Assembly (NCBI GenBank): GCA_018266455.1
Contig: JAFEAJ010000016.1
Location: 12,157-76,156, forward strand
Reading direction: 5' to 3'
Length of the DNA: 64,000 nucleotides
Origin: Bacteroidota bacterium
GTDB lineage: Bacteria; Bacteroidota; Bacteroidia; Chitinophagales; Chitinophagaceae
Below, piece by piece: positions 27,663 to 36,694 of the stretch; the stretch's first letter is position 1, and the number at the start of each line of letters is the position of its first letter. The translations under genes were made by a program, and so were the position numbers. The notes beneath the pieces were generated by a model. That model was given only the letters and a program-made list of their open reading frames with translations, was not told the DNA's origin and searched no databases.

Positions 27663-28838
27663 TTATCGGCCTGTTGTGATGGCCTGCCCATCGTACAAGC
27701 CTTGTATGCCCTCGGTAATAATGGCATCGCCGGGCTGCAAGCCATTTTTGATAATAATTTTATCAGCATAGAATTGCCCGGTTTCAACGGGTTTCTTTCT
27801 GGCTACCAGTTGCCCTTTTTCATTAGCAGCGACCAGCACATATTTCCCTTTTGTGTCATTCTGCACAGTATTGATTGGCACTACCAAAACGTTTGGTGCG
27901 CTATAATCCTGGATCTTTACCAATGCTATCTGGTTAGGATGGAAATTCTTATCATAAGGCATTTTTGCTTCGATATAAAAGCTGCGGGTGTTGGGATCAA
28001 TTAGTTTTCCGGCAACCGTTATTTTAAGGTCCAAAGTTTTATTATTGATCTCGGGCAATGTTACTTTCACAGTTGAGCCAACTTTTACCTTGTCAAGGTA
28101 AAACTCGGGCACCTGGGCGGTTGCTTTGAGGTTATCAGTATTCACAATGCGTATCTGAGGAGTGCTTGTTCCTGGAACTGCTCCTGTAAAACCTTCACCC
28201 AGCCTAACGTTTACGGCATCAGCAACGCCAGGGATATCTGAATACACATTTGTGAGGTCGATCTGTTGCTTCAAAATACTGATCTGCTTCTGCACCTGGT
28301 CAACAGTGTTCTTTGCGTTGATCACATCCACTTCAGTGCCAATGTTCTGTTTCCACAGGTTATCTCTCCTGTTATACAAATCCTGGGCATAAGCCAATTG
28401 GGTTTGTGCCTGTGCCATTTGTTTTTGCAGCACGGCATCATCAAGTTTCAGCAACAACTGTCCCTTTTTTACATAATCGCCCTGTTTTACATAAATTGCT
28501 GTTACGATCCCTCCCGTGCCATTGCGTGGTGCAACATAAGCAACGTTAAGGGCATCAATTTTTCCCTGAAGATCTATATAATGGGTAAACGATCCCGGGG
28601 CGAGTGTTTCAACAGCAACCAACTTTGCTTTTTCTTTTTTTATGGCATTGGTATCCAGTTTGTCGATTTCTTTTTGCAGCGCCTGGATATTATCGTTCAG
28701 TTTTGATTGTTCCTGCTTCAGCTTGTCCAATTGCGCCTTTTTCCCTTCAAGCGATTGGCTTTCGTTAGAAGCATTTGTGCCGCAGGAAGCAATAAGAATA
28801 ATTTCTGCCGCCACCAACACATGCAATATTCTTTTCAT
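27663..28838 (-). CDS. RND periplasmic adaptor (membrane fusion protein), lipoprotein
   Basis: Lipobox IASC; coiled coil; lipoyl-like VKQGDYVKKGQLL; LVVPINTV. Confidence 0.92.
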   Translation of the reverse strand: MKRILHVLVAAEIILIASCGTNASNESQSLEGKKAQLDKLKQEQSKLNDNIQALQKEIDKLDTNAIKKEKAKLVAVETLAPGSFTHYIDLQGKIDALNVAYVAPRNGTGGIVTAIYVKQGDYVKKGQLLLKLDDAVLQKQMAQAQTQLAYAQDLYNRRDNLWKQNIGTEVDVINAKNTVDQVQKQISILKQQIDLTNVYSDIPGVADAVNVRLGEGFTGAVPGTSTPQIRIVNTDNLKATAQVPEFYLDKVKVGSTVKVTLPEINNKTLDLKITVAGKLIDPNTRSFYIEAKMPYDKNFHPNQIALVKIQDYSAPNVLVVPINTVQNDTKGKYVLVAANEKGQLVARKKPVETGQFYADKIIIKNGLQPGDAIITEGIQGLYDGQAITTGR

Positions 28839-28862
28839 GATAATCTGTTTTAATTAGTTAAA

Positions 28863-30278
28863 TTAATATTTGAGCCTGCCGATTGCCTTCATATAATCGA
28901 CCTTGGCTATTACTGCGTCGTACATGGCGCTGATATAATTTGTTTGAGCTGCAACCAGGTCTGTTTGCGCATTGGTGATGTCGGTATTTGAAGCCAGGCC
29001 CGATTCATATTTCTTTTTTGTTTGATTATATACAGATTCTGCGAGCTGCATGTTCTTTTTCTGAAAATCCATGGTAAGCACATCTGTTTTAAATTTATTC
29101 TGAGCCTGCTCAACATCATTATCAATTGAATTTTTCAAATTTTCGATTTGGTTCTGGGTTTGCTGAAGCTGAAGCCTTGCTTTTCTTAAATTGGCGTCTC
29201 TCGCGAAGCCGCTGAAAATGGGCACGCTGATGTTAAGGCCAATATAGGAATTGGTTGACCAAAAAGCCGACTTTTGGAAGACGTCGAATGTGTTTGCCAT
29301 ATCCGTTTTCTGAAAAAAACCTGTAAGGTTTGCGGTGGGCAAATAAGCTGATTTGTTTGCTTTAATATTATAGTTATACAGCTTTTCCGTTAAAATGAGG
29401 CTTTGATAGTCATTCCTGTTTGAATAGCTGTATGCAGTATCAACCAGTGCATTGCTTTTTAATTCATCTTCATTAAAATTATCTGTCAGCGCTAGCGAAT
29501 CCTTTACGGGCATGCCCAACAAAAATTTTAGCCCAAGGTACCCGTTGTCAATGGTTGTTTGTGCTGATTGTTTTTGTGTTTGCAGGTTTGCTAACTGAAC
29601 AGTAGCTCTGTCAACATCTAACTTTTCCTGAAAGCCATTTTCGTACAATGCCTTTGTATCGTTCAGCAATTTCTGTGCCCTGGCAATATTAGCGTCCAAT
29701 TGGGCCATCTGTGTTTTGCTGACCAATAACTGATAATATATTTTATAAACATTGGTAGCAATGGTTTCGCGGGTAATATCGATTGTTTTCTGAGCCAGGT
29801 CAATTGAAGCTTTCCTCGCCTGCAGCCCCACAAACACCTGGCCATTGAACAGTACCTGGTTAAGGGTCAACCCAAAGTTGGAGTTCCATTTTGTGCCAAA
29901 GGCTGCATGCACATAACCAAAATCATCAGGTGCTTTAATCGGGACCCCGTTGCCATCTTTCACGCCTTCCTGCATCAGCACCCCGTAAGTGGCCGCTCCA
30001 ATAAAGTTGGGGAATGTTTGAGCCGGCACATTAAAAAAATAAGTGGAGCCAATGCTGCCTGAAAGAGAAGGCAAAGCCCCGGCCGTTGTTGCTTTGTTGC
30101 TCTGCTCCTGAACCTGTAGGTCAAGCAGTGCATTTTTCACCTGCACATTATGCTGTCGCGAATAATCAATACATTGTTGTACAGAAAAGGCATGCGTTTC
30201 CGGCCCATTTTGAGGATAAGCTGCAATAAAGATATTTGCAAATACAGCAGTCAATATTATTTTTCCCACGCTATTCAT
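28863..30278 (-). CDS. TolC family outer-membrane efflux protein
   Basis: FSVQQCIDYS; ISVPIFSGF; C-terminal YESGL..YMKAIG. Start taken at the ATG at 30278 overlapping the tetR stop. Confidence 0.92.
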   Translation of the reverse strand: MNSVGKIILTAVFANIFIAAYPQNGPETHAFSVQQCIDYSRQHNVQVKNALLDLQVQEQSNKATTAGALPSLSGSIGSTYFFNVPAQTFPNFIGAATYGVLMQEGVKDGNGVPIKAPDDFGYVHAAFGTKWNSNFGLTLNQVLFNGQVFVGLQARKASIDLAQKTIDITRETIATNVYKIYYQLLVSKTQMAQLDANIARAQKLLNDTKALYENGFQEKLDVDRATVQLANLQTQKQSAQTTIDNGYLGLKFLLGMPVKDSLALTDNFNEDELKSNALVDTAYSYSNRNDYQSLILTEKLYNYNIKANKSAYLPTANLTGFFQKTDMANTFDVFQKSAFWSTNSYIGLNISVPIFSGFARDANLRKARLQLQQTQNQIENLKNSIDNDVEQAQNKFKTDVLTMDFQKKNMQLAESVYNQTKKKYESGLASNTDITNAQTDLVAAQTNYISAMYDAVIAKVDYMKAIGRLKY

Positions 30279-30900
30279 ACAATCCATGTTTACTTTTTTG
30301 GACGTTTTTTTGCATATATTTTTCAACTAACTTTCTCCCCTTCGCATTCGTGATGCCGTAGAGATATAAATACGCGAGCTCAAACAACACATCATTAACC
30401 CTGAATTTCGCATGAGGAAAAATATCCTGGTTAAAACCCATAAAAGCTGTTTCCACGCGATGCTTGGCAACAATTCCTATATTCATGTCATCGCGAAACA
30501 ACGCTTCCTTTCTGCCGCGTTCGAGGTTTTTTAGCACGGCCTCATACAAAAAACGGTATTTAAAATCCCTGATGCGCTTATGCGATTTTGGATAATGCTT
30601 TTCTAAGTCATACATGATCATGGGGTTCATCCCTCTAAGCATTTCGCTGGTGTTGGCAACTGCCATAAAAATTTCATGCACTGCATTTTCAGCATCGGCA
30701 GTAAACGAAACACACCGTTCTTCATTGCCGGAAATCAATTTATCTACTACTGCTTCCACTATTTTATCTTTATCAGTATAAAACTGATAAATGGTCTTTT
30801 TGCTGATGCCCAATTGCACAGCAATCTCATCCATAGTAATTGCACGGATGCCATAACGCATAAATAAATCGGCAGCTTTTTCAAGAATCCTTTCTTTCAT
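30271..30900 (-). CDS. TetR/AcrR family regulator
   Basis: ITMDEIAVQLGISKKTIYQFY HTH; first gene of the efflux operon. Confidence 0.93.
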   Translation of the reverse strand: MKERILEKAADLFMRYGIRAITMDEIAVQLGISKKTIYQFYTDKDKIVEAVVDKLISGNEERCVSFTADAENAVHEIFMAVANTSEMLRGMNPMIMYDLEKHYPKSHKRIRDFKYRFLYEAVLKNLERGRKEALFRDDMNIGIVAKHRVETAFMGFNQDIFPHAKFRVNDVLFELAYLYLYGITNAKGRKLVEKYMQKNVQKSKHGLYE

Positions 30901-30926
30901 GCCCCTAATTCACTTTAAACGGAGAG

Positions 30927-30963
30927 CAAAACTATGGAAACTATTTTTGTAGCAAAAGTTTCC
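30927..30963 (-). promoter_or_regulatory. tetR promoter -7 box (TAGTTTTG, 30927-30934) and candidate operator GGAAACT-N14-AGTTTCC (30936-30963)
   Basis: Bacteroidota TAnnTTTG consensus with an adjacent 7-bp perfect inverted repeat. Confidence 0.5.
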
Positions 30964-31073
30964 TTCGTAAATTTTAGGTTATTTTTACATGCGGCCTTTT
31001 TTCCGGATAAATGGCAGGAGGCAAACGTGTTGTTTGTCCAGCAGCTTCGCATCATTATTATCTGTGAATAACC

Positions 31074-31081
31074 TAATTTTG
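31074..31081 (+). promoter_or_regulatory. Bacteroidota -7 promoter box TAATTTTG
   Basis: Matches TAnnTTTG, 19 nt before the DUF502 ATG. Confidence 0.5.
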
Positions 31082-31100
31082 AAACGCCAAACTACTACTG

Positions 31101-31730
31101 ATGGAATTCAGGAAACTTCTTCGTAAACTGTTCCAGTATTTCTTGCAGGGGCTCATTATTCTTGCCCCGATCGCCATTACCCTATTTGCAGTAACCTCAC
31201 TGTTCGACTGGGTCGACAGCATATTGCCAAACCTTATTCACAAAGTAGCCCCTAATTGGCTGGGGGTTGATCAATATGGCTTGCCCAGGCGCATTCCTGG
31301 TTTAGGTTTTATTATAGTGGTAGCGATAGTGCTTTTGGTAGGTTACATTTCTTCATCGTTTGTAGTGGGCAGGCTGGTAGAATTGTTCGATAAAATATTA
31401 GAAAAAACTCCGGGCATTAAGATTATTTATTCCACTGTAAAAGATTTTTTTGAAGCCTTTGCCGGCAACAAGCGCAAATTCGACAGGGCTGTGCTCGTGA
31501 GCACAGAAGCAAATGATGTATGGAGGATCGGGTTCATTACCCAGGAAGAAGCGAAACAGTTCGGGCTGCAGGATTATGTGGCAGTGTACGTTCCGCAAAG
31601 CTATGCCTTTGCCGGCCACTTATATTTTGTGAAGAAAGAAAGAGTGAGGATATTGTCTGATATCAGCTCTGCCGATGCCATGAAATTTGCCATTTCAGGG
31701 GGCGTGACTGAAATTGAAGAAGAAACATAA
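31101..31730 (+). CDS. DUF502 family membrane protein
   Basis: FLQGLIILAPIAIT; TPGIKIIYSTVKD; VYVPQSY; MKFAISGG. Confidence 0.88.
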   Translation: MEFRKLLRKLFQYFLQGLIILAPIAITLFAVTSLFDWVDSILPNLIHKVAPNWLGVDQYGLPRRIPGLGFIIVVAIVLLVGYISSSFVVGRLVELFDKILEKTPGIKIIYSTVKDFFEAFAGNKRKFDRAVLVSTEANDVWRIGFITQEEAKQFGLQDYVAVYVPQSYAFAGHLYFVKKERVRILSDISSADAMKFAISGGVTEIEEET

Positions 31731-31768
31731 CAACCGCTCATTTGCCAATGATTTTAAAATGACCTTCC

Positions 31769-32731
31769 ATGAAAAAAATAACCTTATCCGCCATATTATT
31801 ACTGTTATTCCAAAAAGTTTTTTGCTGGGGTTTTTTTGCTCATAAACAAATAAACTACTACGCCGTTTTTTTGCTGCCGCCTGAAATGATGGCTTTGTAC
31901 AAGCCCAATATTGATTTCATCGCCGAGCATGCCGTTGACCCCGATAAAAGAAGGTATGCAAGCAATGCCGAAGGCGCCCGCCATTATATTGATATTGATC
32001 ATTATGGAAAATACCCTTTTGCTGAATTGCCGAGAAAATGGGAGGATGCCATAAAAAAGTTTTCGGAAGACACCTTGCGGGCTTATGGAATTGCTCCCTG
32101 GTGGATCAGCACCATGCTTTCCAGGCTCACAAATGCTTTTAAAGAAAAAAACCAAACCAAAATTTTAAAACTGTCAGCAGATATTGGCCATTATATTGCC
32201 GATGCCCATGTGCCACTGCATAGCAGTAGCAACCACAATGGCCAGCTCACCGGGCAGGAAGGCATACATGGTTTTTGGGAGTCGAGGATACCTGAACTTT
32301 TAGCTGACAAAGAATGGGACTTTTTTATAGGCAAAGCAGGATATATTGAAAGCCCGCAAACCTTTATCTGGAAAAGGGTCCTCGAAAGCGCTGCTGAAGC
32401 AGACACGGTCCTGAAGTTTGAAAAAGAATTAAGTGAAAAATATCCATCAGATAAAAAATTTTCCTTTGAAGAAAGAAATGGAAAAATCACAAGGCAATAT
32501 TCTTCAGCATACGCTATTGCGTACAACAATAAAATGGAGAACATGGTCGAGCGCAGAATGCGGCAATCCATTTATGCGGTGGCCAGTTTTTGGTACACGG
32601 CCTGGGTGAATGCGGGGCAGCCAGACTTGAAAAACCTTGGCCATAAAAATTTCAGTCTCGAGGAACTGATGGAATTTGAACAACTTGACAGCAATTGGAA
32701 GAATAGCCCGATAAAAGGAAGGGAAGAATAG
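31769..32731 (+). CDS. Zinc-dependent phospholipase C / S1-P1 nuclease family, secreted
   Basis: Signal peptide then WGFFAH; HYID; GHYIADAHVPLH; IHGFWES. Confidence 0.83.
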   Translation: MKKITLSAILLLLFQKVFCWGFFAHKQINYYAVFLLPPEMMALYKPNIDFIAEHAVDPDKRRYASNAEGARHYIDIDHYGKYPFAELPRKWEDAIKKFSEDTLRAYGIAPWWISTMLSRLTNAFKEKNQTKILKLSADIGHYIADAHVPLHSSSNHNGQLTGQEGIHGFWESRIPELLADKEWDFFIGKAGYIESPQTFIWKRVLESAAEADTVLKFEKELSEKYPSDKKFSFEERNGKITRQYSSAYAIAYNNKMENMVERRMRQSIYAVASFWYTAWVNAGQPDLKNLGHKNFSLEELMEFEQLDSNWKNSPIKGREE

Positions 32732-33003
32732 TTGAAAGCCTTCATGCTTTTTCTAGCCTCATAAAATTCATATCAAAGCATGCTTTAAAACAAGATTGCC
32801 TTACGCAAAGAATTCAAAGCAAACAAATAACATGACGGATTTTTAGAAAGCCCATCGTTGTTGATTAGCACTTGTAGGGCCTTTATGTGAATTTATAGTT
32901 TATAATATAGCTTGTATTTACAATTCTTTCCTATTCCACAACTGCGCCCTGATTTTAATCTTGGGAGCTGCAAACAGTGTACTACAAACTCAAAACTGTT
33001 TTG

Positions 33004-33011
33004 TAGTTTTG
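33004..33011 (+). promoter_or_regulatory. Bacteroidota -7 promoter box TAGTTTTG
   Basis: Matches TAnnTTTG, 5 nt before the serC ATG at 33017. Confidence 0.5.
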
Positions 33012-33016
33012 CGGCT

Positions 33017-34108
33017 ATGACAACATTACATTATACCGGCGTGGCCCATAATTTCAATTCGGGCCCCAGCGTGCTGCCCAGGGAAGTGTTTGAACAGGCA
33101 AGCCAGGCCATTCTTGATTTTAATAACAGTGGTCTGTCTATCCTGGAAATCGGGCACCGCACTTCCTTGTTCCAGGAAGTAATGGATGAAGCCGTTGCGC
33201 TTTTAAAAGAATTGATGAAATTGGATAACGAGCACGAAGTGTTGTTCCTGCATGGAGGAGCCTCCACGCAATTTTTCCAAATACCGATGAACTTGCTGGA
33301 TGAAAAAGAAACCGCTGCTTACATGGACTGCGGCACCTGGGGGACCAAAGCCATCAAAGAAGCGAAATTGTTCGGTAACGTGGACGTTGTGGCATCATCA
33401 AAAGACAAAAGCTATACTTATATCCCTAAGGGGTTTACCATACCATCATCAGCAAAATATTTTCATTACACTTCCAACAACACCATCGAGGGAACGCAAA
33501 TGCACGCCATTCCTGAAACGAATGTGCCCTTAGTAGCCGACATGAGCAGCGACATATTGAGCACTTCTGTTGATTTCAACCGTTTCAGTTTGATTTATGC
33601 GGGCGCACAAAAAAATATTGGCGCTGCTGGCGTGAATGTGGTCGTTGTAAAAAAAGACATCCTTGGAAAAGTAAGCCGCAAGTTGCCCACTATGATGGAT
33701 TACCGGAACCATATTGAAAACGGCTCTATGCTGAATACGCCTCCTGTCTTTGCCGTGTATGTATGCATGCTCACGCTCCGCTGGCTGAAACAACAGGGAG
33801 GCATACCTGAAATGGAGAGGCTGAATGAAGCAAAAGCAAAACTTTTGTATGCTACATTAGACAGCTTGCCTGTCTTCCGCCCGAAAGTAGCAAAAGAAGA
33901 CAGGAGCAAGATGAATGTGGTGTGGGTAATGGATGATGTAGAACTGGAAAAGAAATTTCTTGCAGAATGCAAAAACAATGGCATGGTTGGCATCAAAGGG
34001 CACAGAACAGTGGGTGGCTTCAGGGCTAGTTTATATAACGCGTTGCCCATTGAAAGCGCCATTGCCTTGTCTGATGTGATGAAAGATTTTGCCAGGAAAC
34101 ACGGCTGA
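33017..34108 (+). CDS. serC: Phosphoserine aminotransferase
   Basis: NFNSGP, GGASTQF, NNTIEG, DMSS, AGAQKNIG (PLP Lys), LNTPP, GHRTVGGFRASLYN. Start reassigned from 32912. Confidence 0.95.
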   Translation: MTTLHYTGVAHNFNSGPSVLPREVFEQASQAILDFNNSGLSILEIGHRTSLFQEVMDEAVALLKELMKLDNEHEVLFLHGGASTQFFQIPMNLLDEKETAAYMDCGTWGTKAIKEAKLFGNVDVVASSKDKSYTYIPKGFTIPSSAKYFHYTSNNTIEGTQMHAIPETNVPLVADMSSDILSTSVDFNRFSLIYAGAQKNIGAAGVNVVVVKKDILGKVSRKLPTMMDYRNHIENGSMLNTPPVFAVYVCMLTLRWLKQQGGIPEMERLNEAKAKLLYATLDSLPVFRPKVAKEDRSKMNVVWVMDDVELEKKFLAECKNNGMVGIKGHRTVGGFRASLYNALPIESAIALSDVMKDFARKHG

Positions 34109-34129
34109 TTTAAAAAAAACAACAAACCA

Positions 34130-35359
34130 ATGGCTGTTATCAAGCCCTTTAAAGCATTGCGCCCAATCAAAGAACTTGCTTCAAAAATTGCTTCACGACC
34201 TTATGATGTGCTGAGTTCAGAAGAAGCGAGAGTAGAGGCAACCGGCAACCCATTGTCGTTCTTGCACATTACGAAATCTGAAATTGATTTGCCTGCTGAA
34301 ATTGACATACATTCTCAACAGGTTTATGATACGGCGAAAAAGAACTTAGGCGCATTTCAACAAAAAGGATCTTTATTTAAAGAAGAAAGCCCTTGCTATT
34401 ATATTTATCAACTGGATATGAATGGCAGGAGCCAAACAGGGCTGGTTTGCGTTAGCTCTATTGATGATTATGAAAATGGCATCATCAAAAAACATGAGCT
34501 GACAAGGCCGGACAAAGAGCTTGACCGTATCAATCACATAAAAACCACAGGCGCTCAGACCGGAAATGTATTTCTTACTTATAAAACAAATGATCGGCTG
34601 AATAAAGAAATTGAAGACTGGAAAGCAAGCCATCATCCCGAATATGATTTTGTTGCCGATGATAAAGTGAAACATATTATTTGGTTGGTTAATGACGAGG
34701 GCACTATTGAACGCATCAGCAGTTATTTTGCAGAAACAGTTCCATTCACTTATATCGCTGATGGGCATCACCGAGCAGCTTCTGCCGCCAAAGTGAGAAA
34801 AGCATTGATCAGTAATGCTTGTGAGGAAAGCAATTATTTTCTTACCACATTGTTCCCGGCCAGCCAGCTATCGATATTGGATTATAACCGCGTGGTAAAA
34901 GACCTGAATGGTTTATCGACCGAAGTGTTTTTGCATAATCTTGAAAATGATTTTTTTGTTGGCAAGATGGAAAGCGCATTCGTTCCTTCCCAATTTCATG
35001 AATTTGGGATGTACCTTGATGGGAACTGGTTTAAATTGATTGCCAAAGAAGGCACTTATGAAAATGACCCTATCGGAGTTCTCGACGTTTCCATCCTTCA
35101 AAAAAATGTGCTCGACAAAATTCTTGCCATCAAAGATGTCCGCACCGATAAGCGGATTGATTTTGTAGGCGGCATCCGCGGCACTGCTGAACTAGAAAAA
35201 CGAGTGGACAGCGGCGAGATGAAGGCAGCATTCAGCCTGTGCCCGGTGAGCATGCAACAACTGATGGACATTGCCGATAGCGGCAACATCATGCCACCCA
35301 AAAGCACCTGGTTCGAACCAAAACTAAGGGATGGCTTATTAACGCACCTGATTGCCTGA
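34130..35359 (+). CDS. DUF1015 family protein (ParB/Srx-like fold)
   Basis: PYDV, KKHELTR, YIADGHHRAASA, DYNRVV, MPPKSTWFEPKLRDGL. Confidence 0.88.
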   Translation: MAVIKPFKALRPIKELASKIASRPYDVLSSEEARVEATGNPLSFLHITKSEIDLPAEIDIHSQQVYDTAKKNLGAFQQKGSLFKEESPCYYIYQLDMNGRSQTGLVCVSSIDDYENGIIKKHELTRPDKELDRINHIKTTGAQTGNVFLTYKTNDRLNKEIEDWKASHHPEYDFVADDKVKHIIWLVNDEGTIERISSYFAETVPFTYIADGHHRAASAAKVRKALISNACEESNYFLTTLFPASQLSILDYNRVVKDLNGLSTEVFLHNLENDFFVGKMESAFVPSQFHEFGMYLDGNWFKLIAKEGTYENDPIGVLDVSILQKNVLDKILAIKDVRTDKRIDFVGGIRGTAELEKRVDSGEMKAAFSLCPVSMQQLMDIADSGNIMPPKSTWFEPKLRDGLLTHLIA

Positions 35360-35513
35360 CCAAGCTGAAATGATAACAGCGCATTTGTTATTCTCGTTTT
35401 TTAAAACCGTGCATAACCAAATAAATTAAACCGGCCGGTAGCATCCGATAAAAACAGCCCCTCAGGTTTTGTAAAACTTCATCATTGACAATTCCCCACT
35501 AACTTTGACAATC

Positions 35514-36530
35514 ATGAAAAGTATATATTCATTTATTGCGCTGGCATTGATGCCTGCTTTTTGTTTTGCGCAACAACAAGATGCCAAAGCGCTTGATGAG
35601 ACTGCTAAAACTTTTATGCGCCAGGGCGATTATACGAATGCCGTTGTAGTGCTGAACCGCGCACTGGAAAAAGAACCAAAAAACATCGAACTGCTCAAAG
35701 ACCTTGCATTTACCTACTACTTAGACAGGAATTATGAAAAAGCGATGGCTGTTGCCAAGCCTTTAACTGAGCGGAGCGATGGGGATGTGCAGAGCTACCA
35801 GATACTCGGTATGGTGTACAAAGCAACAGAACAAAGAAAAGAATGTGAAAAAATGTATAAACAGGCTTTAAAAAAATTTCCTGAAAGTGGTGTTTTGTAT
35901 AATGAATACGGGGAAGTGATCGGCACAGAAAATGGCCCGGCGGCAATTAAGCTTTGGGAGAAGGGAATTGAAGCTGACCCGGGATTTGCAACTAATTATT
36001 ATAATGCCAGCAAATATTATTATACAAAAAATGAAAAAATGTGGTGCGCACTGTACGGAGAAATTTTTGCGAATATGGAAAGCTACAGTGCCCGCACAGC
36101 AGAAATGAAGGGTATCCTTCTGGCAGTATATAAAAAAATCTTTGCCGATGAGGCATTATTAAAAAACCAGAAAATAAAAAATGAATTTGAATCGGCAGTG
36201 GTAAACGGATTAAGCGCACAAGCCAACGCCGTTTCAAACGGGGTGAACACTGAAACACTCACGGTAATGCGCACTGAATTTATCCTTTCGTGGTTCAATC
36301 AAAAAATTACCCGTTTCCCTTTTCGGTTATTTGATTACCAACAGCAGCTTTTGAAAGAAGGTATGTTCAATGCCTACAACGAATGGCTTTTTGGTGCTGA
36401 GGAAGACCTGGCCAAATTTCAAACCTGGACAAAAACCCATGATGAAGAATACAACCGTTTCATCGCTTTTCAGAAAGGCAGGATTTTTAAAGTTCCTGGT
36501 GGCCAGTACTACCAGGCTATAGCAAAATAA
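35514..36530 (+). CDS. Secreted TPR-repeat protein
   Basis: Signal peptide; N-terminal TPR-like helices (GDYTNAVVVLNRALEKEP); -7 box TAACTTTG at 35500-35507. Confidence 0.78.
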   Translation: MKSIYSFIALALMPAFCFAQQQDAKALDETAKTFMRQGDYTNAVVVLNRALEKEPKNIELLKDLAFTYYLDRNYEKAMAVAKPLTERSDGDVQSYQILGMVYKATEQRKECEKMYKQALKKFPESGVLYNEYGEVIGTENGPAAIKLWEKGIEADPGFATNYYNASKYYYTKNEKMWCALYGEIFANMESYSARTAEMKGILLAVYKKIFADEALLKNQKIKNEFESAVVNGLSAQANAVSNGVNTETLTVMRTEFILSWFNQKITRFPFRLFDYQQQLLKEGMFNAYNEWLFGAEEDLAKFQTWTKTHDEEYNRFIAFQKGRIFKVPGGQYYQAIAK

Positions 36531-36694
36531 CAACCCTTTTGTTGTTATTAATTTTTTACCTAATTTTTACCTTGTGAATCACTAATGCATATAGGAAAGG
36601 TCGCGGTTGAAAGCATAACGCAGCTTAATTAGAGATTTCCTTGCATTTTATTTTTTATCATTTGCAGCTTGCTGTTCATTACTAAACACATTAC

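Noticed and set aside
30271-30326. Apparent 56-nt tetR/tolC overlap
   Set aside because: Resolved by using the ATG at 30278 for tolC; ordinary translational coupling
32912-33016. N-terminal extensions in the ORF track (serC here; likewise the SDR, Crp and holB)
   Set aside because: They arise from upstream alternative start codons; family similarity and promoter boxes support the downstream ATGs
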